This document shows positions 27,171-37,400 of a DNA stretch of 64,000 nucleotides, one piece after another. The stretch's first letter is position 1, and each line of letters starts with the position of its first letter. The notes beneath the pieces are model-generated. The model searched no databases. It was not told the DNA's origin and saw only the letters and a program-made list of their open reading frames with translations. The translations under genes were made by a program, and so were the position numbers. Source of the DNA: Oligoflexales bacterium (lineage in GTDB: Bacteria; Bdellovibrionota_B; Oligoflexia; Oligoflexales; JAPPIL01); NCBI GenBank assembly GCA_965215515.1, contig OZ244057.1, positions 2,082,472 through 2,146,471 on the forward strand, read 5' to 3'.

Positions 27171-28490
27171 CTATGTTTCTTTGCCACGTAGCTTCTCGAT
27201 CAAACACACCGTCTCCACGGCAACAGTGATGGTGCTGAGTAGCAAGCGTAAGATATAGGGTGCGTCGTCGCTATAGTTGTTGGGGTCGTCGAGCAGGTCG
27301 GTTTTGGGGTCAATTTTGCGATAGTAGCGTTCTACTATCCACTTCACTGGTGCATAGCCGCTGACTTGATATTGCCAAGTTTCAGCGGGAATGCCTGTGA
27401 CAGTGATGTCATCATTGTATTTGATACTTTGTTGATCTTTAGCTATCTTCATTTTAGTTACCAATAGGCTTGCAGGTGGTATGCGCTCTAAACGTGTCTC
27501 CTGGCCACGATACAAAATCTTCACCCCCGCGAGCTGTGGTTGCTGCTCATAACCGATATGCAACTCGTTGAACATAGTGCAGTAGTAGAGATGTTTTTTA
27601 ATAAAGGGACGATAGCTGGACAGTTTTATTTTATCAGAAGTAAAAGTTGCTTCTTTGCCTTTAATCAGCGATTGTTTGAGGCTACGACTCCATTTGATCT
27701 TTTTTTCGTTAAGCTCAATATGTTGATCGATATTTTTTACATTCAGCTGCTCACCTGCTAGTCGGTCGCGCTCACAGTTGTAAACACCGATCATCTCTGC
27801 CATGTTTGCCGCTACCATGCTGTGATCATAATTGTAAGCCCAGCCATCCCTATTTGTCTTCACACCACAGCTATACAGTGCAAAAATTCCCCCACCCCGC
27901 TTCTTATCGCCGAGCACGGGCAACTGCTCATAGTCACTATCGCGTTGATCGAGCCAATCACCATGCTTGTCAGGTGTAATTGTTTGCCAGTTGATGTTTG
28001 TGATTGAACTGTAAGCGGATATTTTTTGTAGTTTCTGTTCGCGACTGAGATAGTCACCGATATCATGGTAGTAAATTTCTGCCTCTTTAGTTAGTCTTCT
28101 GGGGCCTTTGACTAAAAAGCTGATCGCTACTGGTGTTCTGCTGTTTTGTCCGAATATTTTTCCACCCTCCTTGCGCGCTAACTCTCCTTTAGTACGTTGG
28201 TTACCGCGCAGATGAAAAGAATAGATGGCATCGAATTCTTCAACTAAGCATCGCCTTAGCCCTTGTGTGCTACGTTCATCAAGCATAGAGGCATTATGGA
28301 CAAAGCCTATAATACCGCCGCTGTCTCCAATTCTATCGCTCGCCCAGCGAATGGCTTTAATGTAGGAGTCGAGCAAAGCGCGCTTAAGTGTGGCATTTAA
28401 CTTAGCCATGTAGCTCTCTTGCACTCGCTTTCGTAAATGTGGATACACCGTGTTTTTGTTAGCATCGTTTTCTGATTTTTGCCCCACTGA
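27171..28490 (-). pseudogene. Type ISP restriction-modification enzyme remnant (C-terminal MTase/TRD part)
   Basis: SVGQKSENDAN, SYIKAIRWASDRI, LRGNQRT.GE..RKEGGKIFG..SRTP, YRPF, LHIGYE and WIVERY. Truncated just after the expected NPPY motif by acrB-derived DNA. Confidence 0.8.
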
Positions 28491-29591
28491 GGAAGATTTT
28501 ATTAGTATTATTGGTCGGCAAGGCATGCATAATCCGCGTGGGATGAAACGTGGGGCTGAGTATGCGGAGATTATGGTGTATTTAACGGATGCTTTGACGC
28601 GTGAACGTGACACGGCCACTATCGTTGAGGATGTACGCAGTAATGTTGTGCAGCCAGAAGGTTTGGAGGTGGTAAGTTTCAGGCAGGTGGCGGGCGGGCC
28701 GCCTGTGGGCAAGGCGGTCAGTATCGGTGTGCGTGGCGATGAGTATGTGAATATTTTGCCTGCGGTGCAGCAGTTAGAGGAACAGTTGCGTGCCGTTGAA
28801 GGTGTGACTGATGTCGAGAACAGTCATGTAACTGGCAAAGAGGAGATGCGTGTGCGAGTCAAGCAAGAGGCAGCTGCGGCTGCGCTGTTGTCGTTGCAGG
28901 ACATTGGCTTGGCGGTGCGTGCGGCGTTTGAAGGTATTGTGGCAACGACTATTCGTGGTCTCGATGAAGAAATAGATTTACGTGTCACATTGCAGCAAGA
29001 AGCACAGCAAGGAGCACAGGCGTTAGCTGATATTGAGATTCCTAATCGTCGTGGTCAGCTTATTCCGTTACGGAAGACTGCAAGTTGGGATACTGTCAGT
29101 GGGGTATCGGTTTATGAGCATGAAGACAATCAACGACAGGTGACGGTTACCGCGGAAGTTGACAACAAGGTGACCACTTCCGCCGTAGTGAATAGTTTTA
29201 TGCGCGAGAAGGTTGCCGCGATGGCAGCACAGCATCCTTCCCTCACTTTTCATTTTGGCGGTGAGGATAGCGATACTAAAGAGAGCATGGCATCGTTGCG
29301 GGTAACTTTTATTTTTGCCTTGTTTGGCATTATCTTCCTTCTAACATTGTTGTTTAAGAATTTATACCAGCCGTTTATCATCGCAACTACCATTCCGTTG
29401 GGTATTGCCGCAACTGTTTTTGCTTTCTATGTGCATGGCATGACGCTGAGTTTTTTGGCGATGATCGGCATTATTGCCTTAGCTGGTGTGGTGGTCAACA
29501 ATGCTATTGTGTTCATTGATTTTATCAATAGTGCACGGCGGCGTGGTTTGGAGAAGGTGGCTGCTGTCAAAGATGCCGCACAGCGACGTTT
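28491..29591 (+). pseudogene. 1,101-bp inverted duplicate of an internal acrB segment (9759-10859)
   Basis: The translation is identical to acrB from EDFISII to AAQRR except GARALAD to GAQALAD; no own start. Confidence 0.95.
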
Positions 29592-29737
29592 CCTCGTCTA
29601 ATCCACCTATTAACATTAGGTTCTTTATACAACTAGCTGAAACTACAGTAAAAAAAAACGAGAAAATTATCCCAACCAGGTATTATATCTGTTCATCATC
29701 GTATCATATTTATCTTACAGATTAAGAGCTTGCCTAA

Positions 29738-29761
29738 GGTTATGGTAAGTTTGACTGTGGT
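29738..29761 (+). repeat. 24-bp direct repeat left of the Rpn array
   Basis: ggttatggtaagtttgactgtggt; 23/24 match to 33616-33639. Confidence 0.8.
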
Positions 29762-29844
29762 TATGTTGGGAAATTTGGCCGCATTTGTTAGCCAAGTACA
29801 CCAGCCTCGTGTTAAAATATCGAGCACAGCATGACAGGGTGAAC

Positions 29845-30927
29845 ATGATTGGGCGACGAAGACGCATAGGGCAGAAAAGACAGCGCCACAAGGCTGCCAA
29901 AGCCCGTCACTCCCACCCTCATGACAGCGTCTTCAAGACAATCTTCAAGCGTCCCGAACACTGCCGTGCCTTGCTGCAGGTCTTGCTTTCCCCTAGCTTC
30001 TACGCCATCTTCAATTGGCCCGCGCTGCAGATCACCGAAAGCACCGCAGCGGGAAGGAAGGGACAGGAACGCAGAGCTGACATCGTACTGGAAGTGCCGT
30101 TGTGGCCTTCCAAAGCCCGTGTCATCATCACTATCATCTTGGAGCACAAGAGTTATCGTGACAACGACACCATCCTGCAGATGCTGGGCTATTACAACGA
30201 GATCGCCCAACAGACGGGCGGCATCATCCTCCCCATCATCGTCACCTGTGGCAAGGACAAGAGAGCAGTTATCCCCTCCGATTACCTTAGTTGGGCACTG
30301 CAAAGGCAGGGTGCACCCGAAGAGTTGAGGCGGCAACTGAAGAAAATTGCCAATTTTGCTTGTCCTTTAGTGAACTTACACGATTTATCCTACCGTCGCA
30401 TGCGCCGCGGAGGCGAGGTGGTGAGCTTGGCGTTGTTCGGCATACGTAACTACTGGGATATGGACGAAGAGGTAGTGGTCAAGATTCTCAAGAAGGCACG
30501 CCTGTTGCCACAACAGGAGCGAGAGTTTATGCTCAATGTGTTAATGGACTATTACGAATGTGCCGATAAGGGGTACGACGTGAGGGGGTTTGCGGAGATT
30601 GAACGTAAGCGTTTTCCACACCTGAAGGAGGAAGAGAGACTGATGCCAGAGATGGAATTTGGCCTTGATAGAGCGAGACAAGAGGGCATACGGCAGGGTA
30701 TGCGCAAGGGCAAGCGGCAAGGTATCGAGCAGGGTATCGAGCAGGGTATCGAGCAGGGTATCGAGCAGGGTATCGAGCAGGGTATGCGCAAGGGCGTAGA
30801 GCAAAAGCAGCGGGATGTTGTCGCGCGGATGTTGGCGAGAGGTCTGCCTGACAAGCAGATCTGTGACGTTACACAGGTTAGCACAAAAGAGCTAGCTGAC
30901 ATTAAGCGCGAGCTGCAAAAAAGCTGA
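29845..30927 (+). CDS. Rpn family nuclease, tandem copy 1 (5 GIEQ units)
   Basis: HPHDSVFK, RRADIV...ILEHKS, QMLGYY, EG/GIEQ repeats and a MLARGLPDKQICDVTQVS tail. Confidence 0.9.
   Translation: MIGRRRRIGQKRQRHKAAKARHSHPHDSVFKTIFKRPEHCRALLQVLLSPSFYAIFNWPALQITESTAAGRKGQERRADIVLEVPLWPSKARVIITIILEHKSYRDNDTILQMLGYYNEIAQQTGGIILPIIVTCGKDKRAVIPSDYLSWALQRQGAPEELRRQLKKIANFACPLVNLHDLSYRRMRRGGEVVSLALFGIRNYWDMDEEVVVKILKKARLLPQQEREFMLNVLMDYYECADKGYDVRGFAEIERKRFPHLKEEERLMPEMEFGLDRARQEGIRQGMRKGKRQGIEQGIEQGIEQGIEQGIEQGMRKGVEQKQRDVVARMLARGLPDKQICDVTQVSTKELADIKRELQKS
30643..30927 (+). CDS. Putative intragenic RpnS-like protein, copy 1
   Basis: aaggagg at 30625-30631 upstream of the in-frame ATG 30643 (MPEMEFGLDRARQEG...). 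Equivalent starts lie at 31901 and 33135. Confidence 0.55.
   Translation: MPEMEFGLDRARQEGIRQGMRKGKRQGIEQGIEQGIEQGIEQGIEQGMRKGVEQKQRDVVARMLARGLPDKQICDVTQVSTKELADIKRELQKS
30721..30780 (+). repeat. 12-bp VNTR (ggtatcgagcag, GIEQ) x5; x3 at 31979-32014; x6 at 33213-33284
   Basis: Direct count in the sequence. Confidence 0.97.
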
Positions 30928-31102
30928 TCGTCAAGTAGCTCACAAATTTGCCCATCAAGTATGATACACAGTGATTCCTGAGTTCCGTGAGCAAAGCGAA
31001 TACTTATCGCGGCTGCCTGAGTGAGGTAGTCCGCGAGTGCATTTGTTAGCCAAGTACACCAGCCTCGTGTTAAAATATCGAACACAGCATGACAAGGTGA
31101 AC

Positions 31103-32161
31103 ATGACTGGGCGACGAAGACGCATAGGGCGGAAGAGACAGCGCCGCAAGGCTGCCAAAGCCCGTCACTCCCACCCTCATGACAGCGTCTTCAAGACAAT
31201 CTTCAAGCGTCCCGAACACTGCCGTGCCTTGCTACAGGTCTTGCTTTCCCCTAGCTTCTACGCCATCTTCAATTGGCCCGCGCTGCAGATCACCGAAAGC
31301 ACCGCAGCGGGAAGGAAGGGACAGGAACGCAGAGCTGACATCGTACTGGAAGTGCCGTTGTGGCCTTCCAAAGCCCGTGTCATCATCACTATCATCTTGG
31401 AGCACAAGAGTTACCGTGACAACGACACCATCCTGCAGATGCTGGGCTATTACAACGAGATCGCCCAACAGACAGGCGGCATCATCCTCCCCATCATCGT
31501 CACCTGTGGCAAGGACAAGAGAGCAGTTATCCCCTCCGATTACCTTAGTTGGGCACTGCAAAGGCAGGGTGCACCCGAAGAGTTGAGGCGGCAACTGAAG
31601 AAAATTGCCAATTTTGCTTGTCCTTTAGTGAACTTACACGATTTATCCTACCGTCGCATGCGCCGCGGAGGCGAGGTGGTGAGCTTGGCGTTGTTCGGCA
31701 TACGTAACTACTGGGATATGGACGAGGAGGTAGTGGTCAAGATTCTCAAGAAGGCACGCCTGTTGCCACAACAGGAGCGAGAGTTTATGCTCAATGTGTT
31801 AATGGACTACTACGAATGTGCCGATAAGGGGTACGACGTGAGGGGGTTTGCGGAGATTGAACGTAAGCGTTTTCCACACCTGAAGGAGGAAGAAAGACTG
31901 ATGCCAGAGATGGAATTTGGCCTTGATAGAGCGAGACAAGAGGGCATACGGCAGGGTATGCGCAAAGGCAAGCGGCAAGGTATCGAGCAAGGTATCGAGC
32001 AAGGTATCGAGCAGGGTATGCGCAAGGGCGTAGAGCAAAAGCAGCGGGATGTTGTCGCGCGGATGTTGGCGAGAGGTCTGCCTGACAAGCAGATCTGTGA
32101 CGTTACACAGGTTAGCACAAAAGAGCTAGCTGACATTAAGCGCGAGCTGCAAAAAAGCTGA
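31103..32161 (+). CDS. Rpn family nuclease, tandem copy 2 (3 GIEQ units)
   Basis: Near-identical to copy 1; the stops are 1,234 bp apart. Confidence 0.9.
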   Translation: MTGRRRRIGRKRQRRKAAKARHSHPHDSVFKTIFKRPEHCRALLQVLLSPSFYAIFNWPALQITESTAAGRKGQERRADIVLEVPLWPSKARVIITIILEHKSYRDNDTILQMLGYYNEIAQQTGGIILPIIVTCGKDKRAVIPSDYLSWALQRQGAPEELRRQLKKIANFACPLVNLHDLSYRRMRRGGEVVSLALFGIRNYWDMDEEVVVKILKKARLLPQQEREFMLNVLMDYYECADKGYDVRGFAEIERKRFPHLKEEERLMPEMEFGLDRARQEGIRQGMRKGKRQGIEQGIEQGIEQGMRKGVEQKQRDVVARMLARGLPDKQICDVTQVSTKELADIKRELQKS

Positions 32162-32336
32162 TCGTCAAGTAGCTCACAAATTTGCCCATCAAGTATGATA
32201 CACAGTGATTCCTGAGTTCCGTGAGCAAAGCGAATACTTATCGCGGCTGCCTGAGTGAGGTAGTCCGCGAGTGCATTTGTTAGCCAAGTACACCAGCCTC
32301 GTGTTAAAATATCGAACACAGCATGACAAGGTGAAC

Positions 32337-33431
32337 ATGACTGGGCGACGAAGACGCATAGGGCGGAAGAGACAGCGCCGCAAGGCTGCCAAAGCCCGTC
32401 ACTCCCACCCTCATGACAGCGTCTTCAAGACAATCTTCAAGCGTCCCGAACACTGCCGTGCCTTGCTACAGGTCTTGCTTTCCCCTAGCTTCTACACCAT
32501 CTTCAATTGGCCCGCGCTGCAGATCACCGAAAGCACCGCAGCGGGAAGGAAGGGACAGGAACGCAGAGCTGACATCGTACTGGAAGTGCCGTTGTGGCCT
32601 TCCAAAGCCCGTGTCATCATCACTATCATCTTGGAGCACAAGAGTTACCGTGACAACGACACCATCCTGCAGATGCTGGGCTATTACAACGAGATCGCCC
32701 AACAGACAGGCGGTATAATCCTTCCCATCATCGTCACCTGTGGCAAGGACAAGAGAGCAGTTATCCCCTCCGATTACCTTAGTTGGGCACTGCAAAGGCA
32801 GGGTGCACCCGAAGAGTTGAGGCGGCAACTGAAGAAAATTGCCAATTTTGCTTGTCCTTTAGTGAACTTACACGATTTATCCTACCGTCGCATGCGCCGC
32901 GGAGGCGAGGTGGTGAGCTTGGCGTTGTTCGGCATACGTAACTACTGGGATATGGACGAAGAGGTAGTGGTCAAGATTCTCAAGAAGGCACGCCTGTTGC
33001 CACAACAGGAGCGAGAGTTTATGCTCAATGTGTTAATGGACTACTACGAATGTGCCGATAAGGGGTACGACGTGAGGGGGTTTGCGGAGATTGAACGTAA
33101 GCGTTTTCCACACCTGAAGGAGGAAGAGAGACTGATGCCAGAGATGGAATTTGGCCTTGATAGAGCGAGACAAGAGGGCATACGGCAGGGTATGCGCAAA
33201 GGCAAGCGGCAAGGTATCGAGCAGGGTATCGAGCAGGGTATCGAGCAGGGTATCGAGCAGGGTATCGAGCAAGGTATCGAGCAGGGTATGCGCAAGGGCG
33301 TAGAGCAAAAGCAGCGGGATGTCGTCGCGCGGATGTTGGCGAGAGGTATGCCTGACAAGCAGATCTGTGACGTTACACAGGTTAGCACAAAAGAGCTAGC
33401 TGACATTAAGCATGAGCTGCAAAAAAGCTGA
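32337..33431 (+). CDS. Rpn family nuclease, tandem copy 3 (6 GIEQ units)
   Basis: Near-identical; differs at FYTIF, GMPD and KHELQ. Confidence 0.9.
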   Translation: MTGRRRRIGRKRQRRKAAKARHSHPHDSVFKTIFKRPEHCRALLQVLLSPSFYTIFNWPALQITESTAAGRKGQERRADIVLEVPLWPSKARVIITIILEHKSYRDNDTILQMLGYYNEIAQQTGGIILPIIVTCGKDKRAVIPSDYLSWALQRQGAPEELRRQLKKIANFACPLVNLHDLSYRRMRRGGEVVSLALFGIRNYWDMDEEVVVKILKKARLLPQQEREFMLNVLMDYYECADKGYDVRGFAEIERKRFPHLKEEERLMPEMEFGLDRARQEGIRQGMRKGKRQGIEQGIEQGIEQGIEQGIEQGIEQGMRKGVEQKQRDVVARMLARGMPDKQICDVTQVSTKELADIKHELQKS

Positions 33432-33615
33432 TCGTCAGGTAGCTCACAAATTTGCCCATCAAGTATGATACACAGTGATTCCTGAGTTCCGTGGGCAGGG
33501 CGCTTAATTTAATTTTTTGAGCGACAGAAAGCCTGATTTTGCGGTGTTTTGTCTGTCTTCCCGAAAGCCTCCCCGCGTGCCAAAAACCTCTACCATCGAA
33601 TTGATACTGACTTAT

Positions 33616-33639
33616 GGTTATGGTAAGTTTGACAGTGGT
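33616..33639 (+). repeat. 24-bp direct repeat right of the Rpn array
   Basis: ggttatggtaagtttgacagtggt. Confidence 0.8.
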
Positions 33640-33655
33640 ACAGAAGGCAACGCAC

Positions 33656-34444
33656 CTAGTGACCGCCCGTACAGAAATCGAGCACACGTGCACACAGCTC
33701 GGCTGTCTTCTCCAACAACAGCAGGTGCCCCGCCTGAGGCAGCAAACATAACTCAGCATTAGGAATTGCCTGGACAAATACTTCCGCCGCCCGCGGGTCG
33801 ATCACCCGATCCTCCGCACCATGTACAATCAATACAGGACAACTAAACTGGGCAAGACGAGCACGAGTGCTGAAACCTAGCATGGCCTTATCCTGACCTG
33901 CTCCCCCTGAACCTACACCCTGCTGCTCCCACATCTGCTTCGCCATCGCCATTAACAAAGGACGATTACGACGAAAAAAATCCGCCGCAACATAATGCCG
34001 CAACATTTCCTGCCCCGCGGCAAGACTACCCCACCCCCGCTTACCACGCAACAAAGCAAAACTACTGTCACAAAAACTAGAAACAAGCACGAGCCTAACA
34101 ACACGCTCAGGAAAATTCAACGCCAACAACTGTGCAATAGCACCACCCATCGAAATACCAAGCAGCGCGGAGGACTCAATACCCAGATAATCCCAAAGGG
34201 CAACAACATCAGATACCATATCCTGCAAAGTGAAAGGATTGCTAACCCGCGAACGACCAGCCGCACGATTATCAAGTACAACCACCCTGCAAGATGCCTG
34301 CACCAGTGCCTTGCCAAGATGACGAAAGTCCGTGCACGGCCGCGCATAACCGTTAACCAGCGTCAGTGTGCGCCGTATCACAGGATACGACCAACACTCA
34401 TAGTAGATGCGCTCACCTTTGTTAACAAGGTACGGCATCGACAC
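33656..34444 (-). CDS. Alpha/beta hydrolase
   Basis: Nucleophile elbow GISMGG, HGAEDRVI and AGHLL. Confidence 0.9.
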   Translation of the reverse strand: MSMPYLVNKGERIYYECWSYPVIRRTLTLVNGYARPCTDFRHLGKALVQASCRVVVLDNRAAGRSRVSNPFTLQDMVSDVVALWDYLGIESSALLGISMGGAIAQLLALNFPERVVRLVLVSSFCDSSFALLRGKRGWGSLAAGQEMLRHYVAADFFRRNRPLLMAMAKQMWEQQGVGSGGAGQDKAMLGFSTRARLAQFSCPVLIVHGAEDRVIDPRAAEVFVQAIPNAELCLLPQAGHLLLLEKTAELCARVLDFCTGGH

Positions 34445-34455
34445 ACATCAGAAAA

Positions 34456-37400
34456 TTAAGAGCCGTTGTTGACAGTTTTTTCCTGCGACAACTTAACCCG
34501 CGTGAAAGGATCAAAACGACGTTTTGAATACCGTGCACGACGCTTAACACCAGCAGGAATATACATTAACGAACGCACACTACTGCCTAACTCAAATTCA
34601 CTGCGGTAAGTTTCACCCGTACGAGCAATGTCCGTCGTATCATAACGCTCAATATCACCCTTGCGGGCCGAACGTAAAATCAAACCACGCGGCAAATCAA
34701 CCTTCACCGCCACAAGCTTTCTGTTGCGTACATAAGGCCACTCCTTCTTGGCTAAAATATCGAGATCAAGTCGGTCGAGATAACCACGGTAGTTTTTCTT
34801 AGCAATGATGCCCTTAGCAAAATCCGTCCACAACGGCAACGCCCCCACCCCACCATACACCCTAATACGCCCCCGCCGCATCGTCTCATTGAGATCATAG
34901 CCAAGATAAGCCGAAATAACATAACTATTGGCTGGGTCGAGCGGCTTGTGCTGTCGCGTAGGATAAGGAAAAAATCCCGCGAAATAACTGGTGGTGAAAT
35001 CATTCGTCGTGCCCGTTTTGCCAAATGCTGGTACTCGCACGTAAAGTTTGCGCTTTTTAGAGCTCGCTTCAGCACCCCCCTCTTCCTCACGATCAAGAAG
35101 CAAATATAACTCACCACGCGCCCGCCGTCCCGTACCATGCGTAACAACTTTGCTCAAAATTTCCCGCATTTGATCAGAGTTCGAACGCGAAGAAATCATC
35201 GTCACCGTCGGCTCTGCCTCATACAACACCGTCCCCGTACGATCTTCAATACGCTGAATGAAATTCAACTGATTATCAGGGCCGTTTTCGTAAAAACGAT
35301 ATGTCCTGCCTTCAATAAAAGTTTGGTAAATCTTGGAGACCTCCGCCGTTGTCACATCGTTAGTACCTAGCGGATACGACAACACTGGTTCAAGCGGCGA
35401 AACCACCCCCATACTCTTGCTCAATGCCAACAAATAGTTTAACCCCACAGCAATACGAAAATCACGGTGTTGGTAGTAGCGATACAAGTCGTAACGACTC
35501 TCCTGCGCCATCACCTTTTGGTAATTGTTTTCCACCGCGGCGTTGAGCTTTTCCAGCCAATGCCGCGCGAGATAACCATCGAGACGCACATCACGCAACG
35601 TAATGCCCGCGGGACTACGTGTCGGATCGCCACCCCCCCAAATTGCCAACACATCCTGCCGCTGCAAACGTCGCCCATCAACCCGCCGATAGTACTCCAA
35701 CTCTTCCGCAGTAGTTTCATCATGAGCGTAGTTTTCAATGTGCAATGGCAAGTAATAGCCTAGATTAGGCCTTGCTCCCCGTGAGGACAACACCCGAAAA
35801 CGTGCCAAACGCTCTCGAAAAGCAGCTGCATCACGCACTGCACCGCCACCAGCAGCGGCAACAGCACTAGTTATCTCCTGCCAATCTTCTCGTAAAGCTT
35901 CAGCTGCTTCGTTGAAACGCGTCAAGTTATTGGCCAGCAAATCGATACGGCGCTTGCGTTCACGCACACTCATTGCTTCGTTCTCTTCCGAAAAAAGCTC
36001 TGCCCAACCGCGCTGATAGTCTTCCCCCCACCAGATCTTTTGCAAGCGTCGCCGCACTCCCTCCTGTTCCGCAAAAACAAGGTCAGGAGCGAGATCACGG
36101 ATCGCGTTATCCAGCTGAAACATTTTGATACCGTTCGGTTCTAACCGCACGCCCAGAGCTTTCATCACCCGTCGATGGTACGTTTTCATCGGCTCGCCAG
36201 GCTCTGGCATGAGGTCCAGGAAAGTCATCAACTGCTTGAACTGCTTGAAGTTTAGCTTCGACACGAGGTTATAGACAAGAGATACCGAAGCGAGATTCTC
36301 CGACATAATACCCGCCCACAACATCGATACATCTTGGTAGGGACTAGGATGATCAGGACGCGGAGCATAGAATCCACCCTGATAAGGAAATATCTGCCGT
36401 TCGTTGTCCAGCTGATCGAGCACCCGCCATCCCAGCTGCAAGGCGGCATAGTAGACCACCGCCTTGAACACCGAACCAGGCTGGCGCTTGGCCGCCAAGG
36501 CACGATTGAAACCGATGGTGTTGAAACCCGACACCACGGCACGTACATTACCCCTATCGATGGCAATCAAACCGCCGTTGATACGCGGATACTTGTGCAG
36601 CTCAACCACCGCCTCATGGGTGTCATCATCATAAGACTTCACCTCGACAAACAACACATCGCCTTGCTGCACCGTCCGCAACAACTGTCGCAGATAAAAA
36701 TGGTAGCCTTCCTTATGCCCCTCTGGCAAATCAAGCAACCGTGCATAACGCACCAGAGATGCACGTGGAATTGTGCCTTTCGCCAAACCAAAATCAAGCC
36801 GAACCTCTTCCTCGTCTTTTTTGTTAACAACCTCAACCACCCTACCATAACAAAACTGCTCCACTTCCAGACGACGCAGCGGCTTGAAACGTGATTTATC
36901 CTCCGCCCGAAACCCCTGCAGAATTGTTTCCACACGCGATAAATTGCGGCGCATCGCAAGCTGTGCCGTCTCCTGCAGAGTACTATCGATAGTCGTAACG
37001 ATACGTAAACCCGCATGGCTCAACTGCGAGGCATTGTCAAGACCAAGCGCATCGAGCAACTCACGATGTCGAAACTGCTTGCGAATAGTCGATACCAACG
37101 ACACCTCACCGCTGCGAAACTTACCGCGACGATAGGGTATCGGCTTGCGCAACGCTTCCTCAAACTCCTGTTGTGCAATCCAGCCTTGCTCATACATACG
37201 CCGTAACACGTAGTTTTTGCGCTCAAAAGCATGCGTACGTGCCTGCTGCCGTGCCTCCTTCGTATACTTGATGAAAGGGTTATACTTGCTGGGGCCTTTG
37301 ACTGAACCAGCAATGAATGCTGCCTCGATTAAATTCAGCTCTTGCACCTCCTTGTTGAAGTAGTAACGTGCTGCAATACCTATGCCATTACCATTAGCCG

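Noticed and set aside
27171-28712. 513-aa ORF as an intact R-M fusion protein
   Set aside because: Its first about 74 aa are the antisense reading of the duplicated acrB DNA; the catalytic NPPY, helicase and nuclease domains are missing.
29845-33431. rpn copies as conventional IS elements or a diversity-generating retroelement
   Set aside because: No terminal inverted repeats or DDE/HUH transposase, no reverse transcriptase, and no adenine-specific variation pattern.
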